Below, piece by piece: positions 19,383 to 29,218 of a stretch of DNA of 64,000 bases. A model generated the notes under the pieces. It saw nothing but the letters and a program-made list of their open reading frames with translations. It was not told the DNA's origin and ran no database searches. This DNA comes from Candidatus Omnitrophota bacterium (GTDB lineage: Bacteria; Omnitrophota; Gorgyraeia; JAZDFF01). Position 1 is the first letter of the stretch; each line of letters opens with the position of its first letter. The stretch lies in the NCBI GenBank assembly GCA_043808095.1, contig JAZDFF010000024.1, positions 7,868 to 71,867 on the forward strand, given 5' to 3'. Both the position numbers and the translations under genes were made by a program.

Positions 19383-20610
19383 ATCTTACTTCTTGAGTTA
19401 TAGCTACAATCAAACCAACCAGTATCCAAAATTGATACATTGGTTCAGTCCAATAGAATAGTTCGTAGGTAAACATATTTACGAGAATTCCTATTAAGGC
19501 CGCCATTGTTACCAACAAGAATTCTTTAAGAGAATCGTCTCTTATTAGGGGCATGGTTTTAAAAGCGCCTTTCAATAAAAAGAAGATAAATACTAAAAAT
19601 AACGAGAAACCCAATAGACCAGTTTCACCTAGAATCATTAAATACATATTATCGGGAATCTTAAATTCATAAGCTACACATTTTGAGACATGGTATTTAT
19701 CAAAAAGCGGGCGATAATTATTAAGCCCCACTCCAAAAAAAGGATGATCTTTAAACATTTTAAAAGTCGTAGAAAAACGCACGCCACGATAATGAAACCA
19801 ACCGACCAGACCTTGCCAGCCGAGCCGCTTAATCTGGGGATTTTGGATGGATGTTGAGGCAATCAAAAAAATAAGATAAACAATAATGACCGCAAAAATA
19901 AATTTTTTTACTAAACGACTTTTTTTAAGACATAGATATATAACTAAAGCTACGATTGCCGCGATAATACTACCCCGGGTTAAACTAAATAGAATTCCAA
20001 GAAAAATCAAAACCATTGAAATCGCGGCAAGAACCCGGCTGATTTTTGACTTATAGATCTTTATCAAATATAGGCTGAACGGAAGGCAACCAACAAGAAA
20101 TGAACCTAAAACAGCCGGATGTAATTTTGTAGACATTATTCTCGGCCAATGTATGTATTCAGAATAATATGGGTTATTAACCAAATATTCATAAATAAAG
20201 TTTCTATGAAAAACAAGCTCGCTTAGCCCTAATAATGCGATGATGCTGGCAAATAGACAGGTCATCCTGCTGATAGGAGCTCCGAATTCCGGGCGAAAAC
20301 CGCTTTTCAATAAAAAGTATAAAATAACAGATGGTATGACAAAATCTAAAAACCGTTTATATGCAACCCATTTATCGGCCTGGGCAAAAAAGACTGCCGG
20401 GATCATGCCAACTAAAAATAACCAGAACGGTAAATCATATTTATCAAGAATTAGCGCCTTTTTTGATTTATAGGATAGGATCGAAATTATGCACAATAAC
20501 CCAACAAAAATAAGAGTATAATCCTTGAATTTTCCTAAACTAGAAAGGGGAATGATAGCTATCCATCCTAAAAATACTATAAGGCCAAGAAGAACTAATT
20601 TTCTGAACAT
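19357..20610 (-). CDS. O-antigen ligase / Wzy_C family membrane protein (start refined to ATG 20610)
   Basis: Multi-TM, SLTRGS, HPFFGVGLNNY, DNMYLMILGETGLLG. Confidence 0.8.
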   Translation of the reverse strand: MFRKLVLLGLIVFLGWIAIIPLSSLGKFKDYTLIFVGLLCIISILSYKSKKALILDKYDLPFWLFLVGMIPAVFFAQADKWVAYKRFLDFVIPSVILYFLLKSGFRPEFGAPISRMTCLFASIIALLGLSELVFHRNFIYEYLVNNPYYSEYIHWPRIMSTKLHPAVLGSFLVGCLPFSLYLIKIYKSKISRVLAAISMVLIFLGILFSLTRGSIIAAIVALVIYLCLKKSRLVKKFIFAVIIVYLIFLIASTSIQNPQIKRLGWQGLVGWFHYRGVRFSTTFKMFKDHPFFGVGLNNYRPLFDKYHVSKCVAYEFKIPDNMYLMILGETGLLGFSLFLVFIFFLLKGAFKTMPLIRDDSLKEFLLVTMAALIGILVNMFTYELFYWTEPMYQFWILVGLIVAITQEVRYARDIKTN

Positions 20611-21896
20611 AATCTTCTTCCTATTTCCCTTCCATCTAAAATCGCATCCTCCATTGACATATATTGCCAACTTCCGTAGCGGCCGATAGAATAGATATTA
20701 TTTTTAGATAAAAATTCTAAGATAATTTTTCTGCTCTTTTGATACTCTTTATTATAAATTACATATCCGTACCTTATATCATTGGCATCTTTTGCAACTA
20801 CCTCGTCAGCACTGGATATAATCCCCGCCTTTTTTAAATCGCGCATTATCCGCGGATACATATTAGCCTTATTTAAAGGCCTATTTTTAGAATATGATAT
20901 TTCTATGTAAAGCGCGCTTTGACCAAGTGGCGCAGAGGTTTTAGAAAAACTGTTAAAAAAACCAATTCTAAAAAAGATGAATTTATCTTCAGGAAAATAA
21001 ATCCAATGCGTCCCGGAAAATAATTTTCTATTAATGCCGAGATTAAGATTATAAATAGAAGTATACTTTAACTTTCGCAATGCACCAGATACCGCATCAG
21101 GCAGTGGTTTAATCAACCTATATAATTCAGGAAGCGGTATTGAGGTTATTAATTTACCAAAATTGACCTTCTTGCCATCTCTAAATTGAATTTCTTTTTT
21201 AAGCAGGTCTATTTTTACAGCTTCGCTTTGAGTATGTAAATTCCTGACGCCTCCTGCCAATGCCCTTGTGACCTCATTTATCCCTCCGTTAATCGGATAT
21301 AAGAAATGATTGTTATAACCGATTAATATCTTCTTATCCGTCAGCGTCCCAACTAAGGCCTGGTCTAAAGTGGGCACGGGGATAAATTTATCTACCCATT
21401 CATGAGTTAAAAGGCGCGGATGTATCGTCCAGAATTTATGGTTATAGGGCAGCATAAAATGTTCAGTAATTCCGCGGCCAAAGGTCTTGAGCATCCAGGC
21501 ATAAAAATTTCCATTTTTTTTAGAAAAAGAGGGATCATATTTTGCCTCTAATAGGCCTAAGATACACTCCTTCTTAAGATTCGATGAAAGCTTATTAAGA
21601 TGTGCCTGAAAAGGAAAGAATATATATTCATTGTTAAAATATACGTATGAATTGCGGATGTGCTCTTTTAAGTTTCCTTTCATCAATTTAAAAAGCAAAT
21701 CAAAAGTGTGCCTATTTCTAAAGTGCAATAAATGTGCATCTAGATCAAAGGTAAATCCACCGATTGCCTTTGACCTGCACAAACCTCCCGGCTCGCTCTC
21801 TTTCTCAAAAATCTCATAATCTTTGTTTTTTAAATAGTAGGCCGCGCTTAATCCGGAAAGACCTGCTCCTAAAATGACGATTTTGTCGTTTCTCAT
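20595..21896 (-). CDS. FAD-dependent oxidoreductase (protoporphyrinogen oxidase / UDP-galactopyranose mutase-like)
   Basis: ILGAGLSGLSAA, EKxxxxGGLCRS, PYNxKFW, GRYGSWQY. Confidence 0.8.
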   Translation of the reverse strand: MRNDKIVILGAGLSGLSAAYYLKNKDYEIFEKESEPGGLCRSKAIGGFTFDLDAHLLHFRNRHTFDLLFKLMKGNLKEHIRNSYVYFNNEYIFFPFQAHLNKLSSNLKKECILGLLEAKYDPSFSKKNGNFYAWMLKTFGRGITEHFMLPYNHKFWTIHPRLLTHEWVDKFIPVPTLDQALVGTLTDKKILIGYNNHFLYPINGGINEVTRALAGGVRNLHTQSEAVKIDLLKKEIQFRDGKKVNFGKLITSIPLPELYRLIKPLPDAVSGALRKLKYTSIYNLNLGINRKLFSGTHWIYFPEDKFIFFRIGFFNSFSKTSAPLGQSALYIEISYSKNRPLNKANMYPRIMRDLKKAGIISSADEVVAKDANDIRYGYVIYNKEYQKSRKIILEFLSKNNIYSIGRYGSWQYMSMEDAILDGREIGRRLCSEN

Positions 21897-21902
21897 TTAA
21901 TG

Positions 21903-21983
21903 AACGGATGCAAACTGATTTTAGCGGATGTAAACGGATTAAATTTTATCCGTGAAATCCGTAACTATTCGTTTGAATCCGTG
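21903..21983. repeat. Periodic imperfect inverted-repeat element (ACGGAT x4 / ATCCGT x4)
   Basis: Four ~10-nt-spaced ACGGAT-like units followed by four ATCCGT-like units. Same design at 28759-28840. Confidence 0.75.
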
Positions 21984-22016
21984 ATTAAATATCTTAAGTT
22001 TTTAACCTGAATAATT

Positions 22017-22997
22017 TTAATCTACCTTCACCCTGGATATTTTTATACCTGATAAGATACAAATAAAGGTTACTACGGATATAATAACAAACCCCGAAAT
22101 ATTCGAAACTCTCACAATTATTAAAGATGCGAGGCTAAAAAGTAGACCCAACAGATACATTATCAAAAGGGACTTCTTCTTGCTAAATCCCAAAGATATT
22201 AGCCTTAAGGCAAAATGGTCTTTACTCTTTTGTATCGGAGACTTTCTCTTTGATATTCTCATAAGCATGACAAAAATAAGGTCGTAAATTACAAGGCCTA
22301 AAACAAAAACGGGTGTAAAAATGGCCATCTTTCTTTCCATGGGCGCATAACTAATAGCAATGGCAATACTTGCCAAGAAAAATCCTAAAAATGTACTTCC
22401 GGAATTTCCTAAATAAATTTTTGCAGGAGGTAGGTTAAAAACTAAAAATCCAATGGAAGCTGCTGTGATATACAAAGACATCATGGCTATCTGGGGGTTA
22501 TTTAAAAAATGTGCCAACAAAAAGAAGGTTAGAGAACAAATTACCGCAAGCCCACCGCAAAGACCGTCCATAACATCCAAAAGATTGAAGGCGTTGGTAA
22601 TTGCCAATAACCAAACTAAAGTCAGGGCTATATTTAATGCATCATTGAGGAAAACTATCCTGATCCTGATACCGAAGCTGATAAGATAGAATCCGGCGAT
22701 GGCCTGAAAAAATAATTTTATCCAGGGTGATAAATCTTTGAGATCATCAACAAGGCCTAAAATAAAAATTATAAAAGAGCCAAACAAAATACTGAAAATA
22801 GCATTATCCAGGAATAACTCCGGCCTAGCACAAAGACCCACTACCGCTGAGAAAAGGATAGCCAGGCCGCCTAAAAAAGGCATACCTTGAGCCGTTACCA
22901 ATTTTGATTTTTTGGCTAAATTTTTAAATAAATTAGTAAAAACAAAACTGATTGCGAAAATCAGAATAAAAATATACAAATAATTCATTGACCTCAA
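22017..22997 (-). CDS. MraY/WecA-family polyprenyl-phosphate HexNAc-1-P transferase
   Basis: PFLGG, GLVDD, NAFNLLDVMDGL, FNLPPAKIYLG. Confidence 0.88.
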   Translation of the reverse strand: MRSMNYLYIFILIFAISFVFTNLFKNLAKKSKLVTAQGMPFLGGLAILFSAVVGLCARPELFLDNAIFSILFGSFIIFILGLVDDLKDLSPWIKLFFQAIAGFYLISFGIRIRIVFLNDALNIALTLVWLLAITNAFNLLDVMDGLCGGLAVICSLTFFLLAHFLNNPQIAMMSLYITAASIGFLVFNLPPAKIYLGNSGSTFLGFFLASIAIAISYAPMERKMAIFTPVFVLGLVIYDLIFVMLMRISKRKSPIQKSKDHFALRLISLGFSKKKSLLIMYLLGLLFSLASLIIVRVSNISGFVIISVVTFICILSGIKISRVKVD

Positions 22998-24133
22998 CCT
23001 TTCATAAGACTTTCGTAAATACTATCTATTTGCTTAACCATGGTGTTGACTTCAAAAGTCTTATCCAGAGACCCTTGAGCAAATCTTCCCATTTCAAGAC
23101 ATAATGAGCGGTTGTTAGCAAGAAACGCGATTCTCTCGGCAAGTTGCTTGGGCTCTCGGCTTTTAACTAAAAAACCATTTTTTCTTTCCTGGATAATCTC
23201 TGAAATTCCTCCTACATCAGTAGCAACGACAGCCAGGCCTGCTGCCTGGGCCTCTAACAATGTTATAGGCAAACCCTCCCAATGAGAACTTAGCGCCACC
23301 ATATCTAAAATGGATAAAAGCTGCGGGATATCTCTCCTGAAACCGGCAAGAATAAATTTATCCGCCAGGCCAAAACGCCTTATCCTCTTGACGATCTTTG
23401 AGCGTAAGGCCCCATCACCAATCAATAAAAACTGGATATCTGGTATTTTCTTGGTTAATAAGGATGCTGCCCGGATAAAATCCTGATGCGCCTTTTGCGG
23501 CTTAAAACAGGCAATCATCCCGACGGTAAAGGCGTCTTCTTTAAGCCCCAGGCAGCGCCTACCATCTCTTTTATTCAGCTGAATATCATTAAATTGTCCA
23601 AAATCTATCCCGTAATAAACCAACTGGTATTGGCTTCTATAACCAATCTTGTTAGCCAGACCTTTTTCGATATCGGCTTTGCATACGGAAATCAGCCTGG
23701 TAGTCATGCCGGCGGATATCCTCTCAAGGATAATAAAGACACTCCTCGTAAATATATTCTGCCTATCATTGAAACTCCAGCCATGGATGGTATGGATTAT
23801 TACCGGCACATTTGCAAAATATGCTGCAAAGCGGCCAAGAATGCCTGCTTTTGAACTGTGGGTATGGACGATGTCAATTTTATTTCGTTTGATAAAAAGA
23901 TATAAATCAATCAAGGCCTTTAAATCAAAAAGGGGATTTATCTCTCTCTTTAAAGAAGGCAATATCTTTATATCTAAAGACGCTATCCTCCTTGCGGCAT
24001 CGGAAAGTAAACCGTCGGAACTAATCAAAAATACTTTATATCTGGCCCTGTCAAGATTATTTAAAATATCCAATGTGCTTTTTTGCGCGCCGCCTAATTC
24101 TAATTTTGTGATGATATGTAGGACTTTTTTCAT
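22994..24133 (-). CDS. Glycosyltransferase family 4
   Basis: GGAQ, HTHSSKAG, EGLPITLLEA, TDVGG. Confidence 0.92.
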   Translation of the reverse strand: MKKVLHIITKLELGGAQKSTLDILNNLDRARYKVFLISSDGLLSDAARRIASLDIKILPSLKREINPLFDLKALIDLYLFIKRNKIDIVHTHSSKAGILGRFAAYFANVPVIIHTIHGWSFNDRQNIFTRSVFIILERISAGMTTRLISVCKADIEKGLANKIGYRSQYQLVYYGIDFGQFNDIQLNKRDGRRCLGLKEDAFTVGMIACFKPQKAHQDFIRAASLLTKKIPDIQFLLIGDGALRSKIVKRIRRFGLADKFILAGFRRDIPQLLSILDMVALSSHWEGLPITLLEAQAAGLAVVATDVGGISEIIQERKNGFLVKSREPKQLAERIAFLANNRSLCLEMGRFAQGSLDKTFEVNTMVKQIDSIYESLMKG

Positions 24134-24145
24134 GTAAAAATTATT

Positions 24146-24223
24146 GATTGCAGTGATTTTGTAAAGAAGATTTCAGTGATTAATACTTCAATCACCGGAA
24201 TCTATTTTATAATCACAGTAATC
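24146..24223. repeat. Imperfect inverted-repeat element (GATTnCnGTGATT x2 / AATCACnGnAATC x2)
   Basis: Related copy at 32345-32422 and a left-half copy at 52168-52196. Confidence 0.75.
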
Positions 24224-24234
24224 ATCTTCATTTT

Positions 24235-25026
24235 TTAGTCCAGAATATTAGATAAATCAAAGGTCATGCCGTCACTGGCAGAAATTACCTCAATGCCTAA
24301 TTCTTTAGTTAATTGTTTGGCAATCTCGTATGGTTTGGCTACTAACATAGTCATGCCAAAATGGGTCAAGATAGCCACTTTCGGCCTTATCTCTTTAATA
24401 ATAATTTTTGCATCTTCTAAACTCAAATGCTGAACTTCAGGGCGAGGATTCAGAAAGACAGTGTTGATGATAATAAGCGGGGCCTGGTAGAAGTCACTCA
24501 TACCTTTAAAATAACTGGTATCGGCAATCAGGGAAAATGTAATGTTGCCGGCATTAAATTTCAAACCGTAAGTCTCAACCGGATGTATGGAAGAAATCGT
24601 ATCAAAACTAATTTCGTCGATATGGTATGTTTTATTTTTCTTTAATATTTCAATATGCTCAGGGAAACCCTGTACATGTTCTAAGATTATCGATTGTGTA
24701 CCTAAGGCATCTTGTGGGCAAAAAACCATCCCCCTTTTCTTAAAACCGCCTTCTGTCATTGCCTCAATCATTACGTTGATATCGTTGGCATGGTCAAGAT
24801 GCCTGTGGGTCAGGATTATTGCGTCTAATTTGGTGGGATCTAATCGTGGTCGACTTGAATTTACTTTCACTAAACTTCCTGGACCAGGATCAATGAGTAT
24901 GTTTTTGCCGGCTAAATTAAGCCACATGCCGCCTGAGGCGCGAAGCTGGCGAATCATGACAAAACGGGCTCCGGCAGTGCCTAAAAATTTTATCCAGCAG
25001 TGGTTCTCTTTATTGGATACAGCCAT
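24235..25026 (-). CDS. MBL-fold metallo-hydrolase
   Basis: FLGTAG, IDPGPG, THRHLDH, LTHFG. Confidence 0.88.
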   Translation of the reverse strand: MAVSNKENHCWIKFLGTAGARFVMIRQLRASGGMWLNLAGKNILIDPGPGSLVKVNSSRPRLDPTKLDAIILTHRHLDHANDINVMIEAMTEGGFKKRGMVFCPQDALGTQSIILEHVQGFPEHIEILKKNKTYHIDEISFDTISSIHPVETYGLKFNAGNITFSLIADTSYFKGMSDFYQAPLIIINTVFLNPRPEVQHLSLEDAKIIIKEIRPKVAILTHFGMTMLVAKPYEIAKQLTKELGIEVISASDGMTFDLSNILD

Positions 25027-25068
25027 TTAAATAAACACATAATTTACGAACACGACAGTGTGAGTAAA

Positions 25069-25566
25069 TTATAACTGTGAATTTAACCAAATTTTCCTAA
25101 GTTCTTCGGTTATCTCCTCGGCCTCTTGAGTTGATAATTCAATTTTATTCTCAGAAAACTGAGTACCAGGCCTAGTTATTTTCTCCTTGCCAAAAACGAA
25201 TTCTTTGACGCTTAACAACCTTGCGCCAAAAGAACGCACATAGAAACAAATTTCCTTATCGTTAGTAACTACAACTATCTTTTTAGGCTCTTTGGCCTTT
25301 TCAACCGCTCTTTTAATCCAAGCGTCAGCAGATTCATCTCTAGTAAAGATTATAGTTACAGCACAATTTTTCGTGGGATAATCGAAGCCATTTGATGCGC
25401 CATCAAACACAATAGTAATAGCATTTCTCTCGCTCCCTTGAGGGCGTTTATCCCGGATAAAATGAATGAGTTTTTCCCGTGAGTCTTTTAATTTTTTTCC
25501 TGTTAAGGAAGGCGTCTGTTTTATCAGGTTATAGCCGTCTAGAATGTAGTGTAATGACATATACAA
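25069..25566 (-). CDS. YacP-like NYN domain protein
   Basis: ILDGYNL, IVFDG, SADxWI, VVTND. Confidence 0.85.
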   Translation of the reverse strand: MYMSLHYILDGYNLIKQTPSLTGKKLKDSREKLIHFIRDKRPQGSERNAITIVFDGASNGFDYPTKNCAVTIIFTRDESADAWIKRAVEKAKEPKKIVVVTNDKEICFYVRSFGARLLSVKEFVFGKEKITRPGTQFSENKIELSTQEAEEITEELRKIWLNSQL

Positions 25567-26476
25567 CTCCGCCGAATATCCCCACGATTATGGTCAAAGC
25601 AAAAATGATTAAAGACAGGGACAACGCTGCCTCGTGGGCCACGCCGAATCTTCCGAAATAAAAAACCGAACTACTGTCTCTTAAACCAAGCCCTCCGATA
25701 GAAATAGGCAAGGTAGATATGGCGCCAATTACGGGGATAAGGAGAAAGAAATAGATTAATTCTAAATCAATATGTAAAGACCGGGCAAACAAATAAAAAA
25801 CAATTATATTCCCGCCCTGTATAAGAAAAGAGATTAATAAATTCTTTATTAAAACTGCCTGTTTCGCGCGAAGGCTTATGATAGCAGATTGAAATCTATG
25901 GATTCTTTCACTAAATGCTTTTAGATGAACAAAGGAAAACAAAAACAAAATTCTTTTAAATAACCTTCGGCTAAATACGAGTGTGAAGATTGCTAAAAAT
26001 AAAAGAAAAAGAATAACCACGCTTAAAATTACCGTTTCATCATTTATAAACCTGTAACCTACTAATAGCGAGAAAATGGCAATCGACATCAGCGCAATGA
26101 AGCCGCTTAACCTATCCAAAAATACAGTTGCCACTATTGAACTTCCTTGTCTGGTATGGGCAAAAAGATCCATGGTTCGAAATACATCTCCGCCAATAGT
26201 GCTGGGTAAAAAGGTATTAAAAAATAAGCCTCCGCAATATGCCGTAATAACACGGCTGATCGGGGGCTTAAGATTAAACGCCCTGATTAGCATCTGCCAG
26301 CGGTAAACACCAAGAACATACAAAGACAAAAATAGCAAGTTTGCCCATATAAAAAGTTTTAAATCAAGCCCGCGAATAATCTTTAACATTAAAGGCAACT
26401 CGATCCTTCTAAGCAAAAAGAGGATTATACTTGCGCTTATAACAATTCTGAGTAAAATTCCGAATATCTTTTTCAT
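25529..26476 (-). CDS. Lysylphosphatidylglycerol synthase TM / flippase-like membrane protein
   Basis: RWQ, FFNTFLPSTIGGD, DRLSG, LPISIGGLGLRD. Confidence 0.85.
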   Translation of the reverse strand: MKKIFGILLRIVISASIILFLLRRIELPLMLKIIRGLDLKLFIWANLLFLSLYVLGVYRWQMLIRAFNLKPPISRVITAYCGGLFFNTFLPSTIGGDVFRTMDLFAHTRQGSSIVATVFLDRLSGFIALMSIAIFSLLVGYRFINDETVILSVVILFLLFLAIFTLVFSRRLFKRILFLFSFVHLKAFSERIHRFQSAIISLRAKQAVLIKNLLISFLIQGGNIIVFYLFARSLHIDLELIYFFLLIPVIGAISTLPISIGGLGLRDSSSVFYFGRFGVAHEAALSLSLIIFALTIIVGIFGGVVYVITLHSRRL

Positions 26477-26483
26477 ATTTTGG

Positions 26484-26780
26484 ATGGAGCCCCACGGCTT
26501 TACCCGCTTCGACTCGCGTCGAGCGAGGCGAGCAGCCGTGGTACCTGAAAAACCCGCCTACGCTTCGCTTCGGCGAAGTCCGCTCGCCTCGCGGCGAAGC
26601 CGCGGGCCTTCAACACGTAATGGCGACATCTCGCCGTAGCGCACCTCTCTGCATTTCCGCCATAATACGTGGCGAGATCTCGCCATTCGCGAAGGCGGAT
26701 GGCGGACATCCCCAGGTTCACACCTGGGGTTTTCCCGCCAAAGGCGAGGCTCGCCAAAGGCGGCTACGCGAAGGCGGATA
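26484..26780. mobile_element. Composite GC-rich palindromic element (IS200/IS605-end-like hairpins with nested REP-like inserts)
   Basis: CCACGGC/GCCGTGG hairpin split by an insert, stem at 26619-26688, CCCCAGGT/ACCTGGGG hairpin at 26710-26729. Confidence 0.6.
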
Positions 26781-27696
26781 AAAATGCCTCTGCACTATAT
26801 GCGGCTTGGGCACCGTCAGAACAGGCAGTAACTACCTGACGAAGCTGCTTTGCGCAACAGTCACCTGCGGCAAATATGCCCGTAACAGAAGTCTCCATGC
26901 GTTCGTCGATAATGATATGACCCTGATCATCTAATTTGAGGATTCCATTTAAAAACTCAGTCTGAGGTTGTAGGCCGACAAAGATAAATACGCCGTCACA
27001 CTCTAATAAATCCGTCTTTTCTCGATTCACGTCCTTTAACTTTACCGCCTCAACCCTATCTTTGCCGACAATCTCGATTGCCACGGCATTCAGAATAAAT
27101 TCTATCTTTTGGGTTTTGGCCATCTCTTCTTCGAGTATCTTAGTCGCACGCAGTTTGTCCCGGCGGTGAATCAGGTAGACCTTTTTAGCGAATTTCGCTA
27201 AAAAAATAGCTTCTACTGCGGCGGTATTGCCTCCCCCAATAACAGCTACCGTCTTATCCTTAAATAAAGGGCCGTCGCAGGTCGCGCAATAAGAGACGCC
27301 TCTTCCTGTGAACCTATCTTCTTGAGGGATGCCCAGCTTTTTATAATGCGCCCCGGTTGCAACAATGACGGACCTGGCTTGATATTTATCTGCCTGGCCG
27401 TGGATAGTCTTAATTGATGCGCCGGATTTCTCTTTTAAATCAATATCGATTTTACCTGCCTCGTCAAACACAAACTTCGCGCCGAAATCTTCGGCCTGTT
27501 TATGCATTTGCCTTACTAGCTCATTGCTTGAGATCCCCCCGGGAAATCCGGGGAAATTTTCTATTGTATGGGTCAGCATCAGTTGGCCGCCGACAGCAGT
27601 TTTTTCTATAACCAGGGTAGCCAGCCGCGATCTACCGGCATAAATTGCCGCAGTCAAGCCCGCAGGCCCTGCTCCGATAATTACGACATCATACAT
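26764..27696 (-). CDS. trxB: Thioredoxin-disulfide reductase
   Basis: GAGPAGLTAA, GVSYCATCDG, GGGNTA, AAGD. Confidence 0.95.
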   Translation of the reverse strand: MYDVVIIGAGPAGLTAAIYAGRSRLATLVIEKTAVGGQLMLTHTIENFPGFPGGISSNELVRQMHKQAEDFGAKFVFDEAGKIDIDLKEKSGASIKTIHGQADKYQARSVIVATGAHYKKLGIPQEDRFTGRGVSYCATCDGPLFKDKTVAVIGGGNTAAVEAIFLAKFAKKVYLIHRRDKLRATKILEEEMAKTQKIEFILNAVAIEIVGKDRVEAVKLKDVNREKTDLLECDGVFIFVGLQPQTEFLNGILKLDDQGHIIIDERMETSVTGIFAAGDCCAKQLRQVVTACSDGAQAAYSAEAFLSAFA

Positions 27697-28544
27697 TTTT
27701 CGAATTGCTCCTTTGCCCTAAAGGAACTGCGCACTAATGGACCGCTAGTTACTGATTTAAAACCCAAAGAAATTGCAACTTTTTGATAGAGGCGGAATTC
27801 CCCGGGAAGAATAAATCTTTCTACTTTTAAATGCCGCGGAGACGGCGAAAGGTATTGTCCGAGACTCAGGATGTCGCATCCGCTTTCTCTTAAATCCTTC
27901 ATTGCCGCAACTACCTCATCTTCGGCCTCGCCCAGACCCAACATAAGACCGGATTTTGTAAAGACTGATTTATCGGCTTTTTTAATCATATCAAGCAAAT
28001 TCAGAGACCTCTTATAATCCGACTTTTTATCTTTGACTTTTCTATATAACCTGGGCACGGTATCAATGTTATGCCCGATTACCTCAGGATGCGCTTCAAT
28101 TATTTTTTCAAGCGGCTTGGACTCGCCACTAAAATCTGGAATAAGCACCTCGATTTTTGCCGAAGGATTAAGTTTTCGCACGCTCTTTATAACCTGAGAA
28201 AATTGCCCGGCGCCTCCGTCAAAAATATCGTCGCGCGTCACCGAAGTTATCACCACGTATTTTAAACCGAGTAATAAAGAAACCGCGCCAATCCTAAGAG
28301 GCTCTTCCCTGTCGGGGATGAGCGGTCTTTTGTTAAGGATGGCGCAAAACCGGCAATTTCTGGTGCAGGCCTTGCCTAAAATCAAAAAGGTGAGGGTATT
28401 TTGGGAAAGACATTTTCCGGAATTAGGGCAATGGGCACTGTTGCAGACGGTCTCAATCTTAAAACTTTTGAGGATATTTAAATAATAAGATAGTGTTTCT
28501 TTTTCGGGCAAGTCCTGTCTGAACCATTGGGGGAGATGATTCAT
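27681..28544 (-). CDS. lipA: Lipoyl synthase
   Basis: TVCxxAxCPNxxxC, CTRNCRFC, TSVTRDD, PLVRSS. Confidence 0.95.
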   Translation of the reverse strand: MNHLPQWFRQDLPEKETLSYYLNILKSFKIETVCNSAHCPNSGKCLSQNTLTFLILGKACTRNCRFCAILNKRPLIPDREEPLRIGAVSLLLGLKYVVITSVTRDDIFDGGAGQFSQVIKSVRKLNPSAKIEVLIPDFSGESKPLEKIIEAHPEVIGHNIDTVPRLYRKVKDKKSDYKRSLNLLDMIKKADKSVFTKSGLMLGLGEAEDEVVAAMKDLRESGCDILSLGQYLSPSPRHLKVERFILPGEFRLYQKVAISLGFKSVTSGPLVRSSFRAKEQFEKCMMS

Positions 28545-28742
28545 TTATTTTGAACTAGCTTTAAACCTCTTTATGGAGCGGTCGTAGGTTTTTTCTATTT
28601 CCGGGCTAAAAAAGCAAGCAGGAAGTTCTTTATTTTTCCTCGGATAAGCAATACATTCGCAGCATATCCCTTTTCGCGAACAAGACGAATAAGTACAATT
28701 GCAGCGTTCTAAATTGGCTTTGAGATTCAGGCATTCCTTCAT
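28545..28742 (-). CDS. Small Cys-rich protein (DUF6485-like)
   Basis: CNCTYxxCxRKGxCCEC...LPACFF...TYDRS. Confidence 0.75.
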   Translation of the reverse strand: MKECLNLKANLERCNCTYSSCSRKGICCECIAYPRKNKELPACFFSPEIEKTYDRSIKRFKASSK

Positions 28743-28758
28743 CTGTTAAAAATTATTT

Positions 28759-28840
28759 ATCGGATCATACGGATTATTACGGATAAAAACGGATAATTTT
28801 ATCCGCGACATCCGTGCTTTTCATCTGTTTGCATCCGTGA
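28759..28840. repeat. Periodic inverted-repeat element (CGGAT x4 / ATCCG x4)
   Basis: 10-nt-period CGGAT units then ATCCG-like units. Same family as 21903-21983. Confidence 0.75.
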
Positions 28841-28848
28841 ATAAAAAA

Positions 28849-29208
28849 TCAATTTAACTTTTCTATAATACGGTTATTCTTACCCACGTAAACTTTTTTT
28901 AAGACCACTTTCTTTGCCTTGGCTTCTTCGACCATGGCATAGGCCAGAATTATTATCTCATCTCCGACAGAACCAGTATGCGCTAACGGGCCGTTTAGAC
29001 ATACCACGCCCGAATGTTTTTTACCGGCGATTGCATAAGTCTCATGTCTTGAGCCGTTCTTTAAATTCAAGACCTCGACTTTCTCACCCGGCAAGATATC
29101 TACTGCTTTAAGCAGAACTTCATCGATAGTAATACTGCCCTCATAATGAAGCTCAGCCTGCGTAACATGTGCCCTGTGAATCTTCGATTTACAGATAATC
29201 CTATACAT
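28849..29208 (-). CDS. panD: Aspartate 1-decarboxylase
   Basis: KSKIHRA, YEGSITID cleavage site, ETYAI, CLNG. Confidence 0.95.
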   Translation of the reverse strand: MYRIICKSKIHRAHVTQAELHYEGSITIDEVLLKAVDILPGEKVEVLNLKNGSRHETYAIAGKKHSGVVCLNGPLAHTGSVGDEIIILAYAMVEEAKAKKVVLKKVYVGKNNRIIEKLN

Positions 29209-29218
29209 TTTCCCTCTT

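Noticed and set aside
26500-26757. 85-aa ORF
   Set aside because: Lies wholly within GC-rich palindromic repeats and has no protein-like features.
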